64,000 nt of DNA from Lama guanicoe (Eukaryota). The translations under genes were made by a program, and so were the position numbers. Below, one piece after another: positions 37,950 through 49,889 of this stretch. The notes under the pieces are model-generated. The model ran no database searches. It saw only the letters and a program-made list of their open reading frames with translations, and was not told the origin of the DNA. Each line of letters begins with the position of its first letter. Position 1 is the stretch's first letter. The DNA lies in the NCBI GenBank assembly GCA_013239625.1, contig MU054212.1, positions 868,001 to 932,000 on the forward strand. Direction: 5' to 3'.

Positions 37950-40900
37950 TTCTTTTCAACGGCACATGATACATTCATCAAGACAAACCATAAAATGAAT
38001 CTGGGCCATAATACACATCTCATTACATTTAATTGATTGGAATAATATATTTATAGAGTATGTTTTCTGGCCAAAACGGTGTCAGGTGAGAAATCTGTAA
38101 CAATAAGATCACCGGAAAAACTCCAGTATTTGAAACAGCACACTTCTAAGCAATCTATAATCAAAGGAGAAATCTCAAAGGAGATTAGAAAAGATTTGGA
38201 ATTAAATAATAATTAAAACACAATGTATCAAAATCTGTGGGATGCAGCTAAAGCAGCACTTCAAGGGAGATTCGCAGCTGTAAGTGCTTATGTTAGGATA
38301 CAAAGTTTAAAATCAGTCACCCAAAGTTCTACCATGAGAAGCTAGTAAAAGAAGAGCAAAATGAACCCAAAGTAAGTAGAAGGAAGAAAATAAGATAAAA
38401 GCAGAATTCAACCAAGGAGAGAACCAGGGGGAAAAAAGAGAAAATTAACAAAGCTAAAAGATGGCTTTTTGAAAAGACCAACAAAATTAATAAACTCTTG
38501 GCTGCACTGATCAGTAAAAAAGAGAAGACAAGTACAAATTACCAATATCATATACAAAAGTGGGTTTATCATTGGAGTGGCTGGAGGCATTAAAAGGAAA
38601 ATGAAAGTATACTGTGAACAATCTTATGCCAGCAAAATTGGCAACCTAGATTAGAGACAAATTTCTTGACAACTGGAACTTATTAAAACTGATATAAGAT
38701 GAAGTAGAACGACTGAATAGCTCTGTATAAGCGAAAGAAATTGAATTCATTGTCAAAACTTTCCAACAAAGAAAGTCCCAGGACGCCTAGAGAGTTTCAC
38801 TGGCAAATTCTATTAAACATTTAAGCAAGAAACACCACCAGTTTTACACAAATTCTTTCAGAAAGCAGAGGAGGGAACATTTCCCACCTTGTTTGATGAG
38901 ACTAGTTGTTCCTTTAAATACCAAAACCACAGGCATTACATGAAATAAAATTGCTGACCCATAGCTTTCATGAAAATCATAAATTCAAAAATATTTAACA
39001 AAATATTAGAAAACAGAATTCAGCAATATAAGGATAATACATTATTGACAAGTAAGGTTTACACCAGGAAAGCAAGGTTGACTGAACATTCAAAAAAAAA
39101 ATCTATGCAATTAACCATATTGACAGAATGAAAGAGAAGAACCATGTGAAATACCATTGGACAAAAATCAATATCCATTCTATAGTAAAAGCTTTTAGCA
39201 AACTAGGAATAGAAATGAATCCCACAATCTGATGAATATTTATGAAAAACCTTCACCTAACATCATATTAGTGATGAAATATTGAGCTTTTTCCTTCTGA
39301 AGATTGGGAACAAAGAAAGATGCTTGCTTTTCACTACTTCTGCTAAACAGTGCCCTGGGGGTCCTAACCATTGCATAAGATAAGGAAAAGAAATAAAAGG
39401 TATCTAGATGGGAAAGGGAAAAGTAGAACTGTTTCTAATTGTAAATCATGTGATTGTTTCTGTTAAAAATCCTAAGGAATATACAAAACAATTACTGAAA
39501 CTAATAAATGAATTTAGTAATATTGTAGGATACAATGATAATATATGAAAACTAATTGCATTTTTATACACTAATAGCAAACAATAGGAAAGTGAAATAG
39601 AAATTCAATCAAAAATAATGTCAAAGAACAAAATGTTTAGGAATAAATTTAACAAAAGACATACAGACTTCTATATTAAATCTAAAAGACATTGCTGGGA
39701 GAAATCTAGAAAGACCTAAATGCATGGAAAAATGTAACATATTTATGGATTGGAAGACTCAGTATTATTAAGATACTAGTTTTCGCCAAATTCTCTAAAG
39801 AGTTAAAGCAGTTCCCCCCCCCTTTTTTTTTAAAGAAATTGCAGGTGGATTCTAAAATTTATATGGTTATGTAAACGACCTAGAATATCCAAAGCCCTCT
39901 TAAAGAAACAGAATAAAGTTGGAAGACTTATTTTGTCTCACTTCAAGACTGACTATAAAGCTACAGTAATAAAAACTTATGATGCTAACATAAGGCTAGA
40001 AAAATAGATCAATGGAACAGAACAGGGAGCAAAGAAACAAACCCAAGCTTACATGAACATTTTATTTTTGATTAAAATACCAAAGCAATCCAATGGCAGA
40101 GGGTGGGGAAAGAAGAGAAAATCCTTTCAGCAAATGGCTCTGGAGTAACTGGATGTCTATATGGGAAAAAGTCAACTTTGACTGCCCCCCCACCTCAAAT
40201 CTAAATTGATTTGGATCAGACCTAAAGTAAAGTTAAAAACTTAAAACTTAAGGGAAAAATATAGGTGAATATCTTTGTGATTCAAAGATGAGCAGAGTTT
40301 TCTTAGGTCACAGAAAGCAATAACCATGAAAAATTGACAAATTAGACTTCATCAAAATTAAAAACTTCTGCTCACAAAAGGCACTGAAGAAAATGAGTGT
40401 GCAAGCCATGAATGGGGAGAATATATTTATAAAACATAAATCTGACAAATGGTTGGTATCCAGGATGAATAAAGAACTCGCATAGCTCAATAACAAAAAG
40501 ACAGATAACCCAATAAAATTGCGAGAGATGTGAAGAGCCACTTCACAAAAATGTATATGTAAATGGCCAATAAGCATACAACAAAGGGCTTAACATCATT
40601 AGGCATCAGAGAAATATAAATTAAAGTTACGATGATTTGCCCCCGATTTTGGTGAGGACGTGGAGCAGCCATACAACAGCCACACTGTTGGCGTGAATGC
40701 AAAGTACAACCACTTTGGGGAAATGTCTGGCAGTTTTTTAAATAAAACGGAACCTAGACCTACCCCATGACTCTCAAATTCCACTCTTAGGCATTTATCC
40801 ATGAGAAATGAAAATGTACCTTTAGAAAAAGCTCATTTATGCACAATAGCCCTGGACCGGAAGAAGCCCAGATATCCATCGACAGTAGAATGAGTGAACA

Positions 40901-41700
40901 CATCTGGCTTATCTGTACAGTGAAATGCCAACGAGCAATCGCGGGCAACAAGCTACCGGTGATGCAGCAACGTGCAAGAACCCTAACAGCGTCGTGCTAC
41001 ATGAAGGAAGTCTTCCCCCCAAAAAGAAAAATACTGATAGTAGGAAGACCGTTTAGATGAAATTCTGAAACAGGCAAAACTAATCAGTAGTGGGGAAAAG
41101 CAGAGCTGTGATTGACACTTGGAGTTGGCTTTGGGGATTGACTGGGAAGAGGCAGGGGGACACTTTTAGGGTGATGGTATTGTTCTGTATCTGGAGGTCT
41201 GGGTTTCACAGATACATGCATTTATTGTAGCTCAGTGAATGTACAAGTAAGAGCTTCACCCTTGTATATAACTTTTACACTGAAAGAAAAAAATTAAACA
41301 CATTAAATTCCAGTTAATTATATGCATGCTACTGTATAGCGCAGGAAACTGTATTCAATATCCTGTAATAAGCCATAATGGAAAAGAATATAAATAAGCA
41401 TATGTATATATATGTATAACTGAATCACTTTGCTGTATGCCAGAAACTAACACAACATTGTGAATCAACTATACTTCAATTTAAAAAATTACATGCATGC
41501 TAAAATATTTAGGGGAAAGTGATATCTGATTGCAATTTATTTTGAAATGCATGAAAAATAAGATGGATTAGTGGAAGGAAAGAAGGATGAGTAGATGGAT
41601 AATTATGTGAAAAGACAAATATAGTAAAATGTTAACGAGTAAACTCTTGTACAGGGGGCATAGGCGTTCACTGTGAAATTTGAAATTTTTTGGTAATAAG
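37950..41700 (+). mobile_element. Long degenerate old L1 (ORF2 RT region through 3'UTR; L1M/L1MC-ME type)
   Basis: A-rich + strand with L1 ORF2 hallmarks (aatctgtgggatgcagctaaagcag, ttcactggcaaattcta, ggattggaagactcagtatt, ttagacttcatcaaaattaaaaacttctgctc) and many stops and frameshifts. Confidence 0.88.
41332..41486 (+). mobile_element. Younger L1 3' tail nested inside the old L1
   Basis: ctgtatagcgcaggaaactgtattcaatatc...aactatacttcaatttaaaa. TSD aattatatgcatgcta (41316-41331) / aattacatgcatgcta (41487-41502). Confidence 0.85.
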
Positions 41701-42329
41701 ATATTGGAGGAAAGAGCAATGAAAGGAGGAGGCAAGGACATGACATTTTGGGATTGATTCCTTGATTTCTTTTTCTTCGATGAAATATTGCTGCTCTTAA
41801 TTTTAACGCTGAAGATTACCCAGGTTGTTTGAGATGATGCTTGAAGATGCTTTATCTCCATTAACTAAAACAGAGTCTTCAGCTTCTTCCATGGAGACAC
41901 GACATCTGATCTAAGTCTTGAGCTGTTTGTGTTCCTGATGTGTTGGTCTCACTGTTTCCAAACTGCTTGTTTTCTCCCTCTTTCCCACGTGCATACACAC
42001 ACCACACAAGGCTAAGAGATGGGATCCAGAAACAGATGGAGCACATATGGCTACGTTCCCTCCTGCAATAAATCCCACGAAATGACAGGAACGATAGGAA
42101 AACAAGCGAAACACTCTCCCTACAGAATCCACAATAGCATAAAAAATAAGAAAGAGTGTCATCAACAAACCAGCAGTTTCCAGAGACTCCTGAAAGACAG
42201 AACGCAGAGGCAGATACATGCAGGGGAGCACAGCTGTGATGGCTGGAACAATTTGGAGCTGCTCCAGGAGGCAGCAGATAGAAGAAGTTAACTGTGGGGC
42301 TGTTTTCAAACCTAGAGAACCTTATTGAA

Positions 42330-42790
42330 GTTGATAAAGGAAGACCTACATGGAAAAGCCTGATACGTTTCCAGACTCAATATTATAAATATACCATTTC
42401 TCCAAAGTCAATCTATAAATTCAAGACAATCTCAATCAGAATTCCAACAGGGTTTTTAATGAAGATTGACAGGCTGGTTCTACAGTTCTTATCGATAAAA
42501 GAATACATGAGGCTAGACAAATAGTTTAGAAAAACGAACAATTATAGGGGAAATTTGTCTTCTCAGATATCAAAACCTACCATGAATCTGTATTAATTGA
42601 GTGTGGACTCAGTGTAGAGATAGGTAGTTTGATAAAACCTAGTAGAGAATCTAGAAACAAATTCGTGTAGCTGTTACAATTTGGTTTATGGCGTTTCTGA
42701 TGGAAGAGAATGATGGATATTACATAAAAGATGTTGAGATCATTGGCTCTTCATTTGGAAAGAAAATGTAACTCTGTCCTATGACATATA
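42330..42790 (+). mobile_element. Old L1 ORF2 fragment
   Basis: ORF 42294-42524 contains ISPKSIYKFKTISIRIPTGFLMKIDRLVLQF, resembling L1 ORF2. Confidence 0.7.
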
Positions 42791-42954
42791 CGGAGGGACA
42801 CGGGGAGTCTCGATAGGAAGGGAGGAGAGGGGCGCTGCTCCAGTAGGTCAGTTGGTTTGCTGAGCTACGAGGTGACGCTTCAAGATGAAATGTGAGTTTG
42901 CTGGTGGACATGTGTACTGTACAGCAAGGTCTGCCTATCAGAAAGCCAGTTGTT

Positions 42955-43285
42955 ATGCAAATATACTGTAGACTGGGTAGCTTAAACGATAAACAATTAT
43001 TTCTCACAGTTCTGGAGGCTGTGAAGTCTGGGATCAAGGTACTGGCAGATCCTGTGTCTGGTGACAGCCCTCTTCCTGGTTGGCTGATCCGTTCTCTTGT
43101 ATCCTCACACTGAGGGGAGCAGAGAGAGAGGAAGTAGACTCTTCTTGTAAGGGCACTAATCCCATTATGAGAGCTCCATCCTTATGACCGGATTACCTCT
43201 CCAGGCCCCACCTCCAAACACTTTGGGGATGGTCTCCACGGATGAATAGGGGGAACACAAACATTTATTTATTCCATGGCACCAG
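42955..43285 (-). mobile_element. MaLR LTR (MLT1A-like)
   Basis: agactgggtagcttaaac...atttctcacagttctggaggctgtgaagtc...gggcactaatcccatt...ccatccttatgacc. Confidence 0.8.
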
Positions 43286-45624
43286 CTCATCTAGCTGTTT
43301 CCCTCCTTGTCTGGGCAGTGCTGGTAATGGGAGAATGATGAAATATCTGCCGTCAGTCTGGGCAGGTGGCTGAAGGTGGGGATGTCACAGGCAGGCTGAG
43401 CCTGGAGATGGGCAGGTGGCCACGCTGCTGGCGTGTAAGAGCCGGGTGGCTATCCTGCAGGGCCAGCGGTGATCAGAGATGGCTGTCTTCTCATCCAGTA
43501 TTAATTTCATTTTTATTTGTTGTGTTTACTATTAAAATAGTTGGTTTGGGGGTATGTGACATTTTAACTAGAGTGGTCAGTTCCTGGCGATGTGGCATTT
43601 GAGTGAAGACCTGAAAGAAGCGGGAGAGTGGGCCAGGCATCTGTCTGGGGGAGGGGACGGCCGGGCAAAGGGCCTTGAGTGGGAGCAAGGGGTCTGTGTG
43701 GCTGGAGGGGAGTAAGCAGGGGTAGGCGAGTCGGAGGGGGTCACAGAGGCTGGATCATGTTGGCCTTCAGATGGGGTATCAGAGGGGGGCCTCCTGGAAG
43801 ACTTTGGCTGACTAGAGGACTAGCCCATAGTCTCCTGGTACTGGAGGTTCACAGAAGCGGAAGCCAGCAACAGTGTTGTAGGTGTGGTCAGGGAACTGAG
43901 AGAAAGAGAGGGAAAGAGCCAGAGAGAGATGAGATTTAACTGAAGCTTGAGAAGCAGTTTGGAAAAGTTCTACTTGGAGGAATTAGGACCTGAGAATTAT
44001 CAGAGCAGGGCCTGGGGTTTCTGGGTGGGTGTTCCTTAGAAAGCCTCTCTCGGTGATGCCACAGGAGAAGGGGTAGGTGGGCGTGGGCTGCCCTCCTGCT
44101 TCGCTCCCATTGGCCCCCACCCTGCTCTTTCGCTTGGACAACTGAGGCTTTCTCTTCTCCTGTTAAGTGTCATACAGATTCAAATTCAGGCTCCCCCTCC
44201 TCCCAGCGGAACTGCTTCCCCAGTGCCTCCAACGTAGTAATTATGGAGCCACTGCTGTCCTTGAAGCTCCATCTGGCCTTGGTCCAACCATGACCTTGGT
44301 GTCCATAGACAAGTGGTGTATCTTGCCCTCAGGTGGTGCAGGTCCTAGAGAGTCTCCTGAAACTTGAAGGCAAACCGCAGGTTTGGTCACTTGTTGCTGC
44401 TTTTTGTGATTTAAAAATACAGCTTCTCTGTGGCAGTTGCTTCATTAATCAAACCCTGTGGTGAAGGGTAACCACTTCCGAGAACTTGTCCTCTTTTTCT
44501 ACTCCAGTGGGAAACAAATTGGAGCCCAGTTTAACCGATGTCCTCTGTCTATTATAAGTCATGGTGGCAAGCCGCAGAGTTGAGACATTATTTGGCATTT
44601 GATGGAAGGGAGGGTGGACTCCAGCTGTTTCTTATTTGCCCAAGATGTTTGTGCATGTAAATATTAAGTCAGAGAAGTGGCCAGTGTGGTTTTAGACCTC
44701 AATGTTAAAGCGAATTCAGATTTTAGCCCACAGGACAAGGGAAGGAGTGGTAATAAATAAAAGTCTGAAATGAATAAAATCATCTAAAACAGGGGAGAGG
44801 ATACAGAAAGGGTCTTTGTTCTCCTGAGTTTCTATGCAGACTTTGTGAATCAAGTGTGTTATGTATTTTCTTTTTAGCTTCCTATTGCCTTTCCTTTCAT
44901 TAATGGAGGAACACTGTCCTCCTAATTGTTTCCAAATTAGAAAGAGAGGGAGAGGCAGAACTGAGCTAGATCCATAGTTTATAGTTTTTCGAAACTGATG
45001 ATGCATGTTGGGTAATTTGATTTTGTGGTAATTACCAGGATTAGCCGTGAAATATAAAAGGCTGCCTTGTACTTTAAAATGAGCTCTGTGTGTGAGATCT
45101 ATGCCTACATGTTCCATTCCCATAACAGAAGTGTTTAGGAAATGGTTTCAGACTAAAGCACAGATAAAATTGGAATGATGAGAGAGGAGGATCTGCGTAT
45201 ACAATTTTTTCCTAAATTGAAGAAGATAAAAATACACACATGACCCTTTATTCCTTGGGTTAAACCTAACGGTGCTGTATCACCCATTCATCACTACTGA
45301 ATGAAGCTTTGAAGAGTGGTCCTCGTGGGTTTCTTCACACTCCAGTGTCAGGTGCTTCATTAAGTGGTAGAGGGGAAAACCTGGGCCGTCCAGTTCACCC
45401 AACTTACCCTCGTTTCCTCTTCTGATGGGAAAAAAATTCCAGAGGCACATCAAGCCAGTGCCCTGTGGTAAATCTTGGAGACTCAAGGTCAAGATCAGTG
45501 TTTTTTGTTTTTTAAGTGACTTTGACATTTCAATTGTATATGACAGAATTATTTCTCGGGATGAATAGCACAAAGTATGATTTCTCCAGTACTCTTCCCT
45601 CTAAGTTTGTTTGTTTCTTTCTAG

Positions 45625-45715
45625 CATAACACAGCTGGTGTAAACTGTGAAAAGTGCGCTAAGGGCTATTACCGCCCTGATGGCGTTCCGGTCCACGCTC
45701 CCCACGGCTGCATCC
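45625..45715 (+). CDS. LAMA3: LAMA3 coding exon (exon 9 equivalent), LE repeat
   Basis: Acceptor tttctttctag| and donor c|gtaagt; 91 nt. Translates HNTAGVNCEKCAKGYYRPDGVPVHAPHGCI(P). Confidence 0.96.
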
Positions 45716-45824
45716 GTAAGTTTCACTCCGACTTGCTGTGGCTTAGACTTTAGGGAGGTCATCGGGCTAAATTCTGATTGGTCAGTAATTCCCTTAGTTT
45801 TCTCTCTCTTCATATTATTGGGTC

Positions 45825-46010
45825 TACTCCTTACTAACTGTGTGACCTCAGGCTGTTACATAGTCTCTCTGAGCATCAGATTCCTTATGTATAAATGGAA
45901 GCCATAATCTGTTCTCTAATATTAAATGAAATGCCAGCAAACCATTCAGGAAAATACTAAGCATTGGGCCTGTCACATACTCAGCCTGCAACAAGTGTTT
46001 TCTGTTGTTC
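45825..46010 (+). mobile_element. MIR SINE just downstream of exon 9
   Basis: cttactaactgtgtgacctcaggc...tctctgagcatcagattccttatgtataaatggaa..ataat...attaaatga. Confidence 0.7.
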
Positions 46011-46119
46011 CGGCATGTTTATGATCGCCAGTGATTTTAGATCTCATCAGAATTAGCATCAAGACAACACAGGAGTGATTTCACGAGGATTTAATAATAG
46101 TCATAAAAGTTAAAATAGT

Positions 46120-46350
46120 TACGCTTTATTGACCACTTGCTATGTGCAAGGCATTGCCTACATGATTTCACAAATGTCTTATTTAATCATCACAACAAAT
46201 AAGATACTAAAGTATTATTCTCATTTTTAGATATAGGGAAATCAAAGGATCCAAGTAGTTAAATATTTTGGCTCAGGTGACAGAACCACCAACTGATTGA
46301 TCCAGGGTGGTTCACATCTGTCTGGCACTGTTGTAGCATACCATACTGCA
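46120..46350 (-). mobile_element. MIR SINE
   Basis: tttattgaccacttgctatgtgcaaggcatt...tattattctcatttttagatatagggaaa...ttaaatattttggctcaggtgaca. Confidence 0.65.
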
Positions 46351-47640
46351 CCCATTATACAGAAAAACGCTACTGGTTTTTTTTTTTTTTCCTGTGGAAT
46401 TGTCAGTCGTAGGTCAGATTATGGACTATGTCCTACATGTGTAATTTATTTGGTTCTTTTATGTTCTCTGGCTGTTACATTTAGAAAGCAATTCCAGTCC
46501 TGAAATTGATTCTGTGCCCGCCTTCTCCCCAAATTCATTCATCATGCCATTAACGTTTGAGGGCATCAAAGTCCAAAGAATGTGGAAACTCTGATTTGTT
46601 TCTCCCCGGGGCATCTTAGTTGTGAAAGGGGTGTTCCTGTTTTCTCTCCGTCTCCCACATCATCCCATTAAGTGTGTGTTTCACTTTTCATGTGCCCGCA
46701 AAGGATGGGCTCTGGCAAAGGAAAACAGGACCTTGTGAATACAGTCATGCCTTGTTAGGAACCTCAGTGTTCCATCACTTTTCTAGTTTCTTTCTTCATC
46801 ACTGAAGTGGTCTCATGGAGAAATTAGAGGCTTAGCATAAAGAATCCACAGGACACACAAATCCTAAACAAATTAAGCAAAGGACAGCAGGAGAAGCCAG
46901 GCTGGGGGGATGCTTGGTGCTCAGGACTTCTCCAGCCTCCCAGTTCCTCACAGGACAGGAACTCAGCTCAGCTAGGACAGTATTTTCACTGCCCAAGGTA
47001 AGGACTTTTGCCCGGTCAAGGGAAGCTCCCAAGTGAGGGGGTTACCAAACGTCTTACACCCCAGGTGTGTCCCTCTGGAATGCAAACCTCATAGTCTTGT
47101 TGGCTGCAAAAGCTGCCTTCAGTAAGCCGCGTCCCTAGGTTGTAACATTTGGGCGATGGGAACAATCCTACTGTGCTGTCCGCAGATTCTATGTCAAGTC
47201 TAGGCATCCCACACTTGGGTCCACGTCACAGCTGTGTAATGGTGACCACTGTGTGGACATTCATAGTTGGCTCATAGCCGGGAGAGGCTGTGCCCACCAG
47301 ACCTGCCAGGAGCTGCAGCGCACGCCTGCCCAGCCCCTCGATGGTGGTCTGTGCGGGCTTTGCCTCCTGCATGGTATGCTAGGTGGTGAGCAGTGTCATA
47401 AACCACATTCTTGAGAACGTCTCAGTGTGACTGCTCATTCAGGTTGGTCTCTGAGGGCCTGTGGGCTTCGGTCAATGCAGACCATCAACCAGGTGTGAAA
47501 TGGAAACCAGGCTGTGCCCTTTCAAGATTAACCGTAGACCGGTGATAAAGCATTCAACATTGCCCGCGAAGTATTAGGATGTATTTGCTTTACGAGGTGC
47601 AGCGAAGGACTGACCCTTTGAAATCTGGGATTCCTCTTAG

Positions 47641-47772
47641 CCTGCAGCTGTAACCCCGAGCACGCGGACGACTGTGAGCAGGGCTCAGGCCGCTGCTTCT
47701 GCAAGCCGAATTTCCGCGGAGACTACTGCGAGGAGTGTGCAGCCGGATACTATAATTTCCCGTTTTGCTTGA
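47641..47772 (+). CDS. LAMA3: LAMA3 coding exon (exon 10 equivalent), LE repeat
   Basis: Acceptor ttcctcttag| and donor a|gtgagt; 132 nt. Translates CSCNPEHADDCEQGSGRCFCKPNFRGDYCEECAAGYYNFPFCL(R), an 8-Cys LE pattern. Confidence 0.96.
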   Translation, partial: PAAVTPSTRTTVSRAQAAASASRISAETTARSVQPDTIISRFA

Positions 47773-49113
47773 GTGAGTACCAGCTGCGGAAGGAGGGGCC
47801 TCGCTGCTCAGCACACACCTGGGCTTTGTGCTTCAGTGCAGGGAGGGCCGGGGTGGGGGTGGGGAACGGGCCAGGAAGGTTGTATTTGTGTGAAAGTGTT
47901 CCCCAAAGTTTGGAACATCAAATCTATGTGAGTAAGTTTCATAGTGTTATTTATCTCCAAAGTGTTAGACTGTACCATAGGCATTCCCATCCCAGTAGGT
48001 CAAAGGGTCACATGGTGGCAATTTCAACTTAATAGTAATCCGTGTGTGTGGTTTTTCTTCATAAACCTAGAAGAGATGTTATGGGCTTCCAGATGTTCGT
48101 TTGCATAATGCAGTGTGTGTTGTGCTTCCAGTGGCCGGGGAGGGTGTGTCTGCTCTTCCTCACAGTACAGTAGGCCCCCACCTCATCCGCCTGCCATGAC
48201 CTAAGTGAACAGATGTCTCAGCATCTCAGAGAGAAAAACATAATTTGTTAGAAACGCTCTAGAGCATGAAGCAGGAGAGTCTGTGAAACCAGCTATGCAG
48301 GTTGTGACGAGAGCCGTGGTCCTGTTTGTTCTGCAGTAGTGTAAAAACTGGACTATGGTGTTAAGACAGAGAAACACTGTTTCAAGACGAGCCACCCCCC
48401 GTCCCCCATAGCTGCATTAGTTCCTGCCCATTCCCACCTCACAACTCGACCATCTCAGGAAAAGCGTGTTGAGTCGTAGGGCTATGTGGGCAGGACATGG
48501 TGTCACCATCTGTCCTGGCTCCCACTTGCTGTCCCAGGGTCATTATTAAACTGGCACCCATTTCCACTGTCAAGTATCCCGGTTTGGAGGATGAATTATT
48601 TAATTACCTTATATTGAAAGGAACTGATTTTTAAGCCCAGAGTAATCCTGAATCAGAGCTTAATCAATTTAGAATCCAGAACACAACATTGTAAATCAAC
48701 TATATTACAATTTAAAAAATTCAGAATCTTTAATTATTGAATGGAGCCTGAGCAGAAATTGCATTTGCGGACGCAAAATTTTAGGGAAAACAACTTGAAA
48801 GAAAATAGGTTTTAAAAGCTAGTCTCAATTTTACATTAAAAAAAAAAACCAGTAAAGATGCTAAATACGCCCAGCTCAGCCCTGCTGGACGGAGACTTAG
48901 CCACTGTGAGCACAGAACACCCGCTTCTGTTCATGAAGGCACAAATCCGGATGTCTGACCACCCTGGTTTCTATTCCTGATGCATTTTAAGTGTAGTGAT
49001 ACTGTCTTTCTTTCCATTAGTCCACATGCTGCGTTCCACTGAGTTAGAGAGGGCTGCTTCCTAGTTGGTGCCATTTAATGTTTTGCTTTATTGTCTCCTT
49101 CATCTTTTTCTAG

Positions 49114-49176
49114 GGATTCCCATTTCCCCTATTTCTACTCCAAGTCCAGAAGGTCCCGTAGCCGGAGATATAAAAG
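49114..49176 (+). CDS. LAMA3: LAMA3 coding exon (exon 11 equivalent), Cys-free S/T/P linker
   Basis: Acceptor catctttttctag| and donor aaag|gtgagt; 63 nt, phase 1-1. Translates IPISPISTPSPEGPVAGDIK(G), resembling the LAMA3 linker. Confidence 0.92.
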
Positions 49177-49459
49177 GTGAGTAACTTCTCTTTCGGTTTA
49201 ACTGCAATGAGACATATTATGCTCCGTGTTCTTTACCTGCTTCCTATGCACATGGCTGTGTTCAAGTTCAAATCGTCCTTACTGGACCATGGCGGGTGCC
49301 TTGCAGGGGTGTCTGTTTGGGCTTCTCCCATCCCATCATTCTCTACTCCAGTCTGAGTGTGCAGCGGCCCTCCTGGATTAAGGGAGCTAAGCAGAGCTTG
49401 GACTGTATACCACTAGTTTGTTCAAAAACCCTCGGTGGCAGTCAGTTGCCTGCTGTGTT

Positions 49460-49790
49460 GTTTGCTTCTCCGTAAAGAGACCCTGAGAAAGGAACGGAGT
49501 GCAAGCAGTTAATTTGGGAGGTGACCCTAGGAAACACCAGTAAGGGAGTGAGCCCGGGACTGAAGGGAGTCGTTACGAAGATGCATTGGCAAGCGAGGTC
49601 CTGCTGCAGCCCCCCACGCTGCTGCCCTCTGAGCGACTCTGGGAGAGAGCAGCGAACTTGCTCAGCATCATCCCAGCTGAACAGACAACTTCACTTACCT
49701 GGGTGGAGGGCTGCCTCTGGGACATTAACTCTCTGGCACTTTGAGCTGGGCCTTCAGGAGTGCTGAGGAGTTCCTGCAGCCAGAAATGTA
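49460..49790. mobile_element. ERVL LTR16-like fragment
   Basis: agaccctgagaaaggaacggagtgcaagcagttaatttgggaggtgaccctaggaaacacc. Confidence 0.5.
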
Positions 49791-49889
49791 CTCAGGGCAG
49801 GGAGTGGCAGGGGTGGGCAGGAATCAGTTTTTGAGTTCCGGTTCTCTGGCAATATTGTAGCTCTGAGGGTGGGCTGGAGGCAGCACTGG

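Noticed and set aside
37950..41300. Functional L1 or reverse-transcriptase gene
   Set aside because: Heavily degenerate, with no long + strand ORF.
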